Assembly (NCBI RefSeq): GCF_001194135.2
Contig: NC_069000.1
Coordinates: 47,326,414-47,390,413, forward strand
Reading direction: 5' to 3'
Origin: Octopus bimaculoides
Lineage: Eukaryota
Length of the DNA stretch: 64,000 nt
Positions within the stretch are counted from its first letter, which is position 1. Each line of letters starts with the position of its first letter. Shown piece by piece: positions 52,300 through 64,000 of the stretch. A model generated the notes under the pieces. That model was not told the origin of the DNA. It was given only the letters and a program-made list of their open reading frames with translations, and ran no database searches. A program made the position numbers and the translations under genes.

Positions 52300-52877
52300 T
52301 GATCTTTTTTAAAACGGGGGCCACATTTTTCATTAACGAAACACTTTGAAACTTGGATCACTGGTAGAATGTGTCATATAAAACATCTTTTTCTCTTAGT
52401 CTTCTTAAAAAAAAAAGAAATCCATAAATTATTCCATGTTAAAGTTGTCGTATTTCTGTAATTTCAACCAATCACTGACGTCCATTCAGCCGATATACAC
52501 TAAGTGCCGACTACATAAACAAACGATTCTGAAACAATTAACCCTAACCCTAACCCTAACCCTAACCGTAGGGTTAGAGTTAGGGTTAGGGTTAGGGTTA
52601 GGGTTAAAGCAAATTTAAAATGAAAAAAGCAAATAAAACGAAGAATCGTTTGTTTATGTAGTCGGCACTTAATGTATATCGGCTGAATGGACGTCAGTGA
52701 TTGGTTGAAATTATCGAAATAAGACAATTTTTTACATGAAATAAATTCGAATACAAAAATATTTTTCTGTTCTATAACACAAAATAGATAAGTATACGAA
52801 GTTTGAAAGTCTTTCGGTACCAAAAGCACTACGTAAAACATTAATGAAAAATGTGGCCCCCGTTTTAAAAATGATCC
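52300..52877. mobile_element. 578-bp palindromic MITE with 8-bp TSD and a central head-to-head telomeric repeat
   Basis: TSD CAATAGTG at 52292-52299 and 52878-52885. Outer TIR ~38 bp (Kgatc.tttttaaaacgggggccacatttttcattaa). Inner ~90-bp inverted arms at 52441-52530 and 52642-52730. Centre (CCCTAA)4-ccg-(TTAGGG-type)6. Confidence 0.9.
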
Positions 52878-53297
52878 CAATAGTGTAACTGAACAACTGA
52901 ACAACTGAATACACATTATCAGGATCCATGATGATTGTGATGATGATGGTGGTGGTGGTGGTAATGGTGATGATGACAATGATGTTGAAGATAGTGGTGA
53001 AACACAAATGTCACCATGACCTACACAAATTTTCTGTTCCTTGCTTCTGCGCCATATGACCCCTTCTGTGCCATATGCCCCTCCTCAATCCTTCTGCCTA
53101 GATATACCATTTCCCCATGTCTTTCAGGAACCCCATTACATGTCCCATGCAGACAGTGGCCAGTCTGAGAGTTGGAACACTTTTTCACTGTCCAGCCTAC
53201 TCTTGTTTAGCTGCAAGTTAACATTGATCCAGCAGAACCATGATCAAAGGCCTTCCAGCCATGACCATCAGAGCTTTTTGTGTACATATTAAATGTA

Positions 53298-53480
53298 CAT
53301 CATCATCATCGTCATCATTGTTTAACGTCTGCTTTCCATGCTGGCATGGGTTGGATGGTTTGAATGAAGACTGGCGAGCCAGAAGGCTGCTCCAGGCTCC
53401 AATCTGATCTGGCAAAGTTTCTACAGCTGGATGCCCTTCCTAATGCCAACCACTCCAAGAGTGTAGTGGGTGTTTTTACA
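53298..53480 (-). mobile_element. RTE-type LINE/SINE 3' end
   Basis: Homologous to 29434-29610, with a (CAT)n tail on the plus strand. Confidence 0.8.
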
Positions 53481-55359
53481 TGCTACTGGCACGAGCACGC
53501 TCAAAAGGTTTTTTACGTGCCACCTGCACAGGAGCCAGTCCGGCGACACTGGCAATGACCACGCTCAAATGTTGTTTTTCACGTGCCACATGGTCGGCCA
53601 ATTAACCAGTCGATCATCATGAAGGCATTGTGTGATTTGACTTTCTAGAACTTTCCCAAAAAACTCCATAAAAAGGTGGTTTTTGGTGGTAATTCCAGAA
53701 TGTGAAACAGCTGCTCATAAAATGTTGAGGCAACCACCTGATGTCTCCATTCTCCTGGCAGTTTAGAAGACAGAGTTTTTGTCATCATGAATATAGAACA
53801 ACTATTTTCTAATTATCACAAGCCAGCCACAGATTGACATATATCAGTGAGATTGTTGTAGATTTCAGTAGTATGTCCTCCTGAAGTGTAATTGTTACTG
53901 TTAATCATTTTACACGCAGCCCTAAAAAGACATTTTCGTTTCCCACAAACATCAAGTGTATAAACGACACCAACACAACAGCACATTGATGAGATTAGAA
54001 ACCAGATTTTAGTTCAGATGACATCATTGTCAAATAATTACAGGATCTGAAAGGGTAAATCTTCATTTAATCAAGAAAATTTGAAAATGTAACACCTGTG
54101 CCTTTCTATCTCAGTTATGCTTCATTCAACCTCTTAACACCTGGCAAAAACCTCCACCCCCACTTGCAGCATCCCCTCAGCGAAGGAGACTTTTCTGTTT
54201 TTGTCTTGCGAATTACTTGGCAGCCTCTCTAGTGTCAGTGCCATGAAAATAGCACTCAGTATGGTTTATAAAGTGGTTGGCATGCTAGGAAGGGCATCTA
54301 GCTATAGAAACAGTACCAAAATTGACATTGAAGCTTTGTGATATCCTCTGGCACATCAGATCCTGTTGGACCATTCAACCCATGCCAGCATGGAAGCCAG
54401 ACGTTAAGGGATGATGCCAATGATGATGATGGCAGTATTGAAGCAGGTGATAATGTAGACATCCTAATTGTAGAGTAACATCAGGATCTGGAAGAAAATG
54501 TCTGTCTTAAGATAAAGAAGAAATTATGGATTTCTGTCAATTACTGATATCAAAGCAGGCATTTATTTTAACTGGTTCAACCAATCGTAATCTCCCCCTT
54601 CCTTTGTCTGCCTCTCTCCTCCTCCACCCACGTGACCTGTACAAGCAGATTATTCTGTTATCAGCCAGAGATATTTTTCACTTTATGCAGAAACTGGTTG
54701 AGTGTTAATGCTGATTGTTATACAGTCCTAATGAAATTGAATCTGACTAAAAATAAATAAATGAATAAACCCCCAGTTATGGACACTTTGGCTACAAGAC
54801 ACCATCAGCAACAGTGTCACTGATCTCAATTAATATCTGCTGCAGTCAAGGTGGAGAGTTGGCAGATCTGTTAGCATGCCACGCAAAATACTGGCATTTC
54901 ATCCAGTCTTTACATTCTGAGTTCAAATTCCACTCAGGTCGACTTTGCCTTTCATCTGTTTGAGGTCAATGAAATAAGTATTGGTTGAGTGCTAGGGATT
55001 GATGTAATCAACTTACCCCCTCCCCCCAAATTGCTGGCCTTGTGCCAAAATCTTAAACTAATATATACTGCAGTATTTTTCATCGTCATTTAATGCATCT
55101 TCCCACCATACTGACTGATTTAATAGGAATCGGCCATCCACAGAGCTGTGTCAGGTTCTTCTGTCTGTTTTGGCATGGTTTTACAGCTGGACCCCAGTAT
55201 GGAACACGATGAATAGGTACTCCACCTTCTTCCACCCACTTTTTGGTTTTCTCAAAATTTCTTTTTAACATTAAAATTTTTTAATTTCTTAACTTTTCCC
55301 CCCACCAAAAAAAAAAAAAGAAAATAATTAGTTTTCAACTCATTTTGAAATTTCATTCT

Positions 55360-55570
55360 ATCGCCGTTGGGGCGATCTTACGGTACGAGTCCTAAATATC
55401 AGCCTTTTCCGTAACACCCGCACGATCTTCACTACGGTGTTAGGGACGGAATTCCCTAAACTCTTCAAAATAAATCGCGCTCTCTTCCGCTTTTATGACA
55501 TCGTTTCCCTGTTTCTCTCCAACACAGGACTAGTACCATAAGATTGCCCAATTTGGTGTGGGGTCCCCGT
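55360..55570. promoter_or_regulatory. CpG-enriched candidate promoter of the C8orf76-like gene
   Basis: Local excess of CpG about 1.9 kb upstream of the first coding exon. ETS-like cttccgc within the pyrimidine run ctctcttccgctttt at ~55480-55495. Confidence 0.45.
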
Positions 55571-57486
55571 ACCTTGCTGACGAAGAAAAATCTTTAAACT
55601 AGATACATTGAAGCATAGCAAAATGAAAGTGTATCAGAGTCTGGAGAAGAAGATGCGGCTAAGGATGGAGAAAGACGAGTGGTTCATCGGTTAAGTCTGC
55701 ATTATGAGAGACAATCCAAGAAAGAAGACTGTTTGTGAACACAGTATGTGCCTGAAATAGCAACCGAATTCTTTCAAATGCAGTTTTCTTCATCAGAAAA
55801 GACCTGAAGAACTGCAACAGTAATTTCTGGGCGGTGTGGGGATAACATAGAGCACGTGTAAAAGAAGTCCGGTGTCTATTTGTGTATGTCTAACGTGATG
55901 TGAAATGAGCGACAAATCTGGACTAAAATGTAAAATAAGTTGCTGTTGTTAACCTATAAAGTAAAAAGAAATGTTGGAAAGATGTTGGGGGGGAAGCTGA
56001 AGCAAAACTAAGAAAGCCTCAACAGACAGGAAGCATCTTTATTTAGAGTTGTCTCCCCTTGTCCTCAACCACAAACACAAACACATGGTGAGATTCTTTC
56101 ATTTTTCCGACTCTTATTAACGTAAACTAAATATTTTATTCAACTTCGTTTCCATTTTATGTAAAATATCATACATTTACGTATAATATAACTTCTTTTT
56201 ATACTAAATATAATACTCATATCACATGTTTGTTGTACGTTAATATGCAATATGATATAAATTATAATACATGAAGATATAATAGAGTACACATATTTAC
56301 GATATAATGATTTTCTCAGTCGTCTTCTTACTAATTGTCCATTTAACAGGTTCGACTATACAAGGTTTGTGCACTTTAAAAAATAATTTATACCTCAAAC
56401 CATACTGTAATTGTACATTGTACTTTCATCATACATGCTGTCAAACTTGTCTGCATCTGATATTATATCAAACTCTCTTTTATACAACTATATTTGTTTG
56501 TATGTATATATATATATATATATATATATAAATGTGTATGTATATGTAGATATACACCCATTCTTACACTGCTAGAGTTTCTCCGCCGATACTGCATCAA
56601 CTTTCACTCCATATACACCCAAATAATTTTGTCTTCTACAACGAACTGTTTTGTGTGTGTATACACATACATATACACTCATATAATTAGATTTATCTAG
56701 GATTTTGCATCCGTCTGAAACTCCCCTGTGAATATCTACCGATATTAATGTTCTGTTTTGAACTGTTGTCTGAAATAACTCACAACCGTCCACAGTACCC
56801 CACTCCGGAGTCTTTCCTAACATGACATACACTTAGAAAACTGAGACAGCATGGGAACAACCATGGTCACTATAATGTGGACATGAAACGTTTTGAGTGG
56901 ACAATCCCATCTTTTATTTAGAATAACAAAACAAAGTGTTGTTTGAGGGAGATTTCTCTGCTATTTCTAGCATGTTCAGGACCCCATAGTAACCCGTTAA
57001 TTCTAAACGGGAAATATTTGTTCTCTGTGTTGTGGAGAAAAACCGTGGAAGTCCAAAGTGGACAAGTCAGCTCCATCTTCATTCAGCCCAACTCAAAAAT
57101 GGTTGGTTTTGTGAATTTGAAGTTATTATTGTTGTTGGGAAGCTGGCAGAATCATTTTGCCTGTCTCTGTGTTCTGAGTTCAAATTCTGCCCACTTTGTC
57201 TTTCATCTTTTTGCAGTTGATAAATTAAGTACGTGTCAAGTGCTGGGTGGGGGGGTTCAATGTGATCGACTTACCCCCTCCCCCAAATTTCAGGCCTTCT
57301 GCCTGTAGTAGAAAGGATTATTATTATTATTTCGTTTTCTAATCAACCATAAGGTTTAGTGTGAATTTTGATGATTTAACTGTGAATTTAATATGAATAC
57401 TTTGTGATTAATGAACTTTTGATATTTAACTGTAAGGATTAATTAACAGAGAGAGAGAAGATGAAACTTCAGTGACAGCATCAACA

Positions 57487-57588
57487 ATGGAGCTTGGATT
57501 AAATTTTGATGATACTTTTTATGAAGACAACAAAAAGGAGTTGAAACCTTTGCCAACTTGTTACAATGCAAAATATTGTTCAATGCTT
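57487..57588 (+). CDS. C8orf76: C8orf76-like (TPR-type) protein, coding exon 1: MELGLNFDDTFYEDNKKELKPLPTCYNAKYCSML
   Basis: Acceptor aacAG at 57448-57449, ATG at 57487, donor GTAAGT at 57589 (phase 0). Resembles the vertebrate C8orf76 N-terminus (FEDSVFEE...SYCAKLCEPQWF, recalled). Confidence 0.8.
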
Positions 57589-57998
57589 GTAAGTATGCGA
57601 TTGGTTTGTCCCTTCACTGTCATCTTGTGTCGGTGTGTGGAAGCAGGGCTGTGGTTCAGAACTCTGCTTCTCAGTGATCTGGTTTTGGGTTCAGTCCTAC
57701 TGTGTTGCACCTCGGCCAAGTGTCTTTTACTATTCCCCTGGGTTGACCAAAGCCTTGTGAGTGAATTTGCTAGACAGAAACTGAAGCTTTGTGTGTGTAT
57801 ACACACATATACACAAACACATATGGGAGGGTCTTCTTGTCTTGACATCACATGATTGTTGTAAATGAGTGTCACCATCATACAAGTAGTGTCCTATGTT
57901 TCCAACTTTTTGTGGAGACATGTCCCGTAGCCATAAGGAAATCTTGCTTGGAAACAAATGTGGGCTGGTGACAGGAAGGGCAACAAAGTTATCTAGAC

Positions 57999-58283
57999 CA
58001 GTGCTTCTCAAACTATCTGATGTGGTGTACTGGCAGTTTTTTTTTTCTCTAATATGCCAGGGACCGGTAATATTTCTTAGTAATATTAATTTATACTGGA
58101 AACACTATGAATATAATAAAAATTGACAATTTTTTAAATCTTATATTTTGTAAACAAATAATACAATATTTTATAAGCATTTTATGATGTTTGTTGTTTT
58201 TTTTCTGGAAACTCGCTGTGTAGCGACAGCTGACAGCTTGCAATCCGGCACCGGTCCGTGGACCACCACTTTGAGCAGCGCTA
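57999..58283. mobile_element. hAT-Charlie-type MITE in intron 1
   Basis: TIRs cagtgcttctcaaa / tttgagcagcgcta. 8-bp TSD atctagac / gtctaaac (NTCTAGAN-type target). Confidence 0.8.
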
Positions 58284-58614
58284 GTCTAAACCATGTCGAA
58301 ACATTTGATAAATAGATTGCTGCTTTTTTTTTTTCTTTTTGTCTCGCAAATTACTTGGTAACCTCACTAATGCTTGTGCACTAACGAAGGCACTCCGTGT
58401 GTTCTGTAAAGGGATTGGTGTTAGGAAGGGTATGTTGCTGTAAAAACCGTACCAAAGCAGACGTAAGAGCTTGACACAATCATTGAGGTTTATTAAATTT
58501 ATTTTCCTGAAAAGAATCGGAATGTCCTGAAAGTTTGTTTTTGAAACAGTTGCTGAGTTGTCTCCCCTTAGCCTAAACGTCACGACTTTGTTGAATGACT
58601 TCTTTGGTACAGAG

Positions 58615-58781
58615 CAGTGCTCCGCATCCGATATGCTGCTGCACACTGGGGCGCCACAGTGTAACCTGAATATAACTTTTTCCCCTCTACTTTTAGTTGT
58701 ATTTTTAGTTCAGGTGTGATGCTTAATTTTGAAGAGAATATAAGTGTACTGCAGGTGAAAAAAAAGGTTGCAGAGCACTGG
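58615..58781. mobile_element. Second short hAT-Charlie-type MITE in intron 1
   Basis: TIRs cagtgctccgca / tgcagagcactg. Degenerate 8-bp flanks gtacagag / gtctaaag. Confidence 0.6.
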
Positions 58782-59450
58782 TCTAAAGACCCCTTACAGC
58801 AATAATTACATCTCTCATTACATGTAACAGCAAAGCATGTAAGCCACCATTTCCACCTCAATCAGAAAAAAAAAAAACTTCAGCAATAACATTGCTTCAC
58901 AAACCTTCAATCTATAATCTCATTTATTATGCAAATGTTTTCAAATTATTATAATCTCCGTCCTCTTTGGTTTACATCTACATCCCACCATTACCACTCA
59001 TTAATCTTGTTTCGTTATTCATCACACACATGTGCATGCCATCACAGTCTTTCCTTTTTCCTGTGAACATCAACCGATTTCTTGGTTGTTTAAAAGCTTT
59101 TCTAATTAACTTCATTCATTCTCCTAAATTAAGATTATAGCATTTCATGTCCCAAATCACATGCTATAATTTCAGAAATGAGACAGCAAGTTTGTTCACA
59201 TTTAGAACAATTAATTTGGATGAAAGCAAGCCAGGACACCACCATGATGCTATCATGTGGCTACTTGTGCACCACATGATTTCAGCCCCACAGCTTATTA
59301 AAATCTTGGCTGTTAATTAAATAAGTGAATGGAAACTTTCTACCATCCAAAGAGTTTTTATTATAAGTTATTGTTTTTAGTTAGGTTGGTGTTGGTGAAG
59401 CATTAACATTACTTGTAGAAGACTTATCTGTCTGTTGATGTATTTGTCAG

Positions 59451-59574
59451 TGGTTTGAAAATGCTGTTGCTAAAGAAGATGAAGAAAAACTGCAGCATCT
59501 CAAGTTTAGTGCTGATTTCCATTTCGGACAAGGAAATTATTTGGAGGCCATCGAGAAATATGACAAAGCTATTG
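59451..59574 (+). CDS. C8orf76: C8orf76-like coding exon 2: WFENAVAKEDEEKLQHLKFSADFHFGQGNYLEAIEKYDKAI(G)
   Basis: tttgtcAG acceptor, GTAAGT donor, 124 nt (phase 0 to 1). TPR-like helix pattern (F..G.Y..A...Y..AI). Confidence 0.88.
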
Positions 59575-60146
59575 GTAAGTGACTGTTATTGATCAGTAAT
59601 ATCACAAATGTCATCTGTATATAGGTAGTATACATACCTTGCATATCTAGTGTGTATATAGGGGAATCTTTAATATATACACCTCACATATAATGTGTAT
59701 ATACTGGTGAGATCTCTAATATACACCTCTCATATCATTATCAGTGTTTTATAACCTGCTGATCTCCTGGGGCCAACCTTTCTAATCACTTGCTACAACA
59801 TACAGGAATACAATCTCCCTGTTCTAAGACAGAGCACACACACACACATACGCACATATTTGAACTACATGTAAGCTAATTAAACTCTTGATAATGCATC
59901 TTTATTGTGTGTGTGTGTATATAGGCAGCAAGCTGGTAGAATTGTTAGCGGTATTTCATCTGTCTTTATGTTCTGAGTTCAAATTCTGCCAAGGTCATTT
60001 TTGCTTTTCATCCTTTTGGGCTTGATTAAATAAGTACCAGTTATGCACTGGGGTCGATGTAATTGACTTAATCCCTTTGTCTGTCCTTGTTTAGCCCCCT
60101 GTGGGCAATAAAGAAAGAAAGAAATATACTCACACACCTCATATAT

Positions 60147-60178
<32 letters not shown>

Positions 60179-61048
60179 NNNNNNNNNNNNNNNNNNNNNN
60201 NNNNNNNNNNNNNNNNNNNNNNNNNNNNNNNNNNNNNNNNNNNNNNNNNNNNNNNNNNNNNNNNNNNNNNNNNNNNNNNNNNNNNNNNNNNNNNNNNNNN
60301 NNNNNNNNNNNNNNNNNNNNNNNNNNNNNNNNNNNNNNNNNNNNNNNNNNNNNNNNNNNNNNNNNNNNNNNNNNNNNNNNNNNNNNNNNNNNNNNNNNNN
60401 NNNNNNNNNNNNNNNNNNNNNNNNNNNNNNNNNNNNNNNNNNNNNNNNNNNNNNNNNNNNNNNNNNNNNNNNNNNNNNNNNNNNNNNNNNNNNNNNNNNN
60501 NNNNNNNNNNNNNNNNNNNNNNNNNNNNNNNNNNNNNNNNNNNNNNNNNNNNNNNNNNNNNNNNNNNNNNNNNNNNNNNNNNNNNNNNNNNNNNNNNNNN
60601 NNNNNNNNNNNNNNNNNNNNNNNNNNNNNNNNNNNNNNNNNNNNNNNNNNNNNNNNNNNNNNNNNNNNNNNNNNNNNNNNNNNNNNNNNNNNNNNNNNNN
60701 NNNNNNNNNNNNNNNNNNNNNNNNNNNNNNNNNNNNNNNNNNNNNNNNNNNNNNNNNNNNNNNNNNNNNNNNNNNNNNNNNNNNNNNNNNNNNNNNNNNN
60801 NNNNNNNNNNNNNNNNNNNNNNNNNNNNNNNNNNNNNNNNNNNNNNNNNNNNNNNNNNNNNNNNNNNNNNNNNNNNNNNNNNNNNNNNNNNNNNNNNNNN
60901 NNNNNNNNNNNNNNNNNNNNNNNNNNNNNNNNNNNNNNNNNNNNNNNNNNNNNNNNNNNNNNNNNNNNNNNNNNNNNNNNNNNNNNNNNNNNNNNNNNNN
61001 NNNNNNNNNNNNNNNNNNNNNNNNNNNNNNNNNNNNNNNNNNNNNNNG
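60179..61048. other. Assembly gap (largest of many N runs)
   Basis: N run flanked by (TA)n. Other large gaps at 6601, 8102, 11396, 28923 and 35192. Confidence 0.99.
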
Positions 61049-61229
61049 GAAATAACCCTGAAATCCGGATACGTTCGTGCTGCTGGTCGAGGTGAGAGGG
61101 ATAACTCCCTTGGCAAACAGGACACAGTCGTGTGTCGATAAGCCAGCTGGAGGAGATGTCCTCCTGGGGCTAAAAGCAACAGTAACATCCACCCCTAGGG
61201 GTCAGCCACACTTAAGTGGCAATATACTA

Positions 61230-61267
<38 letters not shown>

Positions 61268-61826
61268 TGGTGAAGTTTTAATGTTAGATACTACATATTG
61301 GTTTCAAATTTTGGCACAAGGCCAGCTGTTCTAGGGGAGGGGTAAGTCAATCACGCTGACCCCAGTGCTCAACTGGCTCTTATTTGATTGACCCATTAAA
61401 CCTCGAACGGATGAAAAGCAGAATCCAACCTCAAAACATAAAGACGAACAAAAAGCTGGTAAGCATTTTGCCCGATGTGCTAATGGTTCTGCCATCTTGC
61501 ACCTTACACATCCTTTTCATATTAGACACAAATTTTATATATATATATGTGTGTGTAATATAAATATTAAATGAATGTGCCATCAGTTTTAAATAACCAA
61601 CTTTAGCTTAATTCTGTGTTTAATGACAGAAACCAGGGAGCTTTTGGTGTTTCTGTTAGGATGACCCTTTGTAAAATAGCCTTGGCTAATATCTTCCATT
61701 TTATCGTCTTACTACTACTACCACTACCACCACCACCACTACTGTCACCCTCACTACACCTCCTCGTCCATCAGTGTCTTTATGCTGCTGTTCCATCACC
61801 TGTTAAATGTGTGTCTTCTATTGCAG

Positions 61827-61939
61827 GACTTCTCCCAGAACATAATTCTTCAATGCACCAAGACATGACAGAGTCTTTGGCCAGAGCTCACCTAATGACA
61901 GGAAACCACCATCAAGCCATCCACATTGCAAACAAATTG
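61827..61939 (+). CDS. C8orf76: C8orf76-like coding exon 3: (G)LLPEHNSSMHQDMTESLARAHLMTGNHHQAIHIANKL
   Basis: tcttctattgcAG acceptor, GTCAGT donor, 113 nt (phase 1 to 0). The frame joins exon 2 cleanly and parallels the recalled [29 protein letters not shown]. Confidence 0.88.
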
Positions 61940-63015
61940 GTCAGTCCATATTTCTTCACCAATATTGCATTTTTCTTCCGTAATCTAAGGAGTGGGAGGC
62001 AAAGAAAAGGGTTAGCGCTGCTTTTCATCTTTTTTAGGACCCACGAGATTCTTTGGTGCCTGGAGATTTCTAAATCTACCAGGTTAGCTTTCTTATGTAG
62101 TTCTTCTCTTGTTCACTCACAAACAAGAACACAGACAGGTTTATTATCTGTCTCTCAAACTGTGTGTCTAACAAAAAAAGAGACAAAGGCAAAAGGAGAA
62201 ACGTCCCTCTACCAGCTCTGCTTATACAGCTCTGTGCCATTAGAACATTCCAGAGAGTTCTACAACTTTCCATTTCATTCTGTTGCACTGATTCGCATGC
62301 CAGCAATTTCTATTGGACAGATTTAGATGCTAGCAATCTCCACAACATGTAGTCTATGATGATGATGATGATGACAGTTTGTGTGTGTGTGTGTGTGTGT
62401 AGTAGCATTTTGATTGCAGGTGTGGTGTTCAGACCCAGGTCACTCTTGATCAAGTAAATCCTGTAATCCAAAGGTTTTTGTAAAAGTCACCATAATATGG
62501 GGTTCCACATTTGTCTTGCTGAGTCAAAGTACTTTCTGGCCCCTAAAGACAAAGCCCCTTTCTCTCTGACAGGTAGGTTTGGCAATGTTATCAATGCCAT
62601 TCCTATTGTCTCCCACCATTTCTCACCCTAACCTCTCTGTCCAGTCCTTTTCCCCACCAAAATGTTGTCCTCTGGAAAATCCTCTTTTTCCTTCGATCAT
62701 CATTGACTTAAAATCATTCAACAAGAACAATAACCATTCTTGAAAAGCCTTTGGATACCATAGGTACAGTCCCTTCTTTCAGACCATTCCAATAAAATGT
62801 AGAATACTCCAAGAGTGAGGTGAAGCTCATTCATTTCTTGACTACATCAGTCACATTTTGCTGTGTCTCTTAATTACTCTCTCTCTCTCTCTCTCCTTGA
62901 TAAAGTTATGTTGAAAGGAAGGTAAGAAGATAAATATACATTAGAGGGAAAGTAAGAAGAGTGAATGTTTATGTATTAAATTATTTTGTACTGATTTGTT
63001 GTTTTATGGTTCCAG

Positions 63016-63100
63016 TATCATCAAGCTGTAATCCCTTCACATCGTACACGGCACCTCTACCTGCTACACAACATTTACACTGCTGTTGGAGAATCTGAAG
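63016..63100 (+). CDS. C8orf76: C8orf76-like coding exon 4: YHQAVIPSHRTRHLYLLHNIYTAVGESE; gene continues beyond the window
   Basis: ggttccAG acceptor, GTAAAC donor, 85 nt (phase 0 to 1). Open in the expected frame. Confidence 0.8.
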
Positions 63101-63574
63101 GTAAACATTAATCAACAATTGTCATTCACTGACATTGGAAATTGTTTCTTTTTTGGTGTCTTGCATCCACTTTTGTTTTGTTTATATGTGTGTATATATG
63201 CGCACACACACACATTTCCGTATCCTAGCACGCACACAGGGAATAGTATGTGGATAGGGTTATAATCCAATGGAATCGCGTCTGCTTATTCCAGTTGTCC
63301 AAAAGAAAATGCAGATGTTACGTTTGTGTGAAGCATGGACAAGAGTTGAAATATCCTGAGAAGCAATTTTCATAAAGTTATTACATATCAATACAGGAGA
63401 CTCAAAAAAAATTTTGGTATTATTTCTTCACCATTACATGTGTTTCATTTCCCAATAGGAGTTACAAAATCATACATGTAGAATAAACATAAAGGACATC
63501 TTGTTATATGGACTGTTAGATATGTAATTCGTCTGACGTTCCGTGTGTCATGTGGTTCGTCTGAGTTCATTGTT

Positions 63575-64000
63575 TCATTGTTGCTGGTTAGTAGTAATCG
63601 TAGAATCGTGTTGGTCATGATGATGATGCTGGATATTAGTAGTAGACTCTTGTTGCTGATGTGGCGGTCTGGTTTGTCTTTGTGTTAGTGGCACAGTTTC
63701 CGAGATCTCCATCGGGTGATCTGTTGCAAATTCAAATACAGTGTTTTCTGCATCACCAGGTTCATTGTCTTCCTCAGTTGTGTACCGCGGTCGCAGCTGT
63801 TCCCAGTGTCGTCTCCACATCGGGCCATGAGGTATGACCTTCACATTAAAGCAGCGAGTACCCAATGACTTCTTAATGATTGCTGGTACCCATCGGGGAT
63901 CTTTGTCTCGGCGAGGTCCATAGTATAGTGCATACACAGGATCTCCGGCCTTGTACTGCCTGGTAACTTTAGCGACATCAGCCGAGCTTGGAGTCACCTG
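63575..64000 (-). mobile_element. Ty3/gypsy LTR retrotransposon pol C-terminus (post-integrase region), antisense in intron 4
   Basis: RQYKAGDPVYALYYGPRRDKDPRWVPAIIKKSLGTRCFNVKVIPHGPMWRRHWEQLRPRY matches the F..GD.V...W.PG.I......Y.V......RH..QLR tail of gypsy integrases. It runs off the window edge. Confidence 0.85.

Noticed and set aside
52540-52607. Ancestral telomere-telomere chromosome fusion site
   Set aside because: Only about ten repeats, enclosed in TIRs and an exact 8-bp TSD. Better explained as the core of a mobile element.
55623-55694. Upstream coding exon of the C8orf76-like gene (MKVYQSLEKKMRLRMEKDEWFIG)
   Set aside because: Ends in a stop, and no plausible donor gives a phase compatible with the exon starting at 57450. 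At most a uORF.
60068-61192. Long 320-375-aa ORFs
   Set aside because: Almost entirely X residues from the assembly gap.

Overview
AT-rich, microsatellite-saturated animal genomic DNA from a draft assembly with many N gaps. The SINE, RTE and MITE repertoire and the (TA)n/(CA)n density look cephalopod, probably Octopus; this is an inference. Two host genes are supported. (1) A minus-strand ZNF800-like C2H2 zinc-finger gene, whose ~1050-aa coding region sits in one 3.16-kb exon (18317-21480). (2) The first four coding exons of a plus-strand C8orf76-like TPR-type gene (57487-63100, continuing beyond the window). A near-full-length U2 snRNA copy (27519-27694) has an A-rich tail, a target-site duplication (TSD) and a deletion of the stem IIa/IIb junction, so it looks retroposed. 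The rest is mostly transposon debris: RTE and Hero-like LINE fragments, mariner remnants, hAT- and piggyBac-type MITEs, tRNA-derived SINEs and a gypsy integrase tail. The most unusual items are: a 578-bp fold-back element with an 8-bp TSD built around head-to-head telomeric repeats; a mariner made of two inverted 5' ends; a same-strand cluster of TAATCC (K50 homeodomain) sites; a pre-miRNA-sized hairpin; and a possible in-frame MITE-derived exon just upstream of the zinc-finger exon. Most ORFs in the supplied track are microsatellite or gap artefacts.
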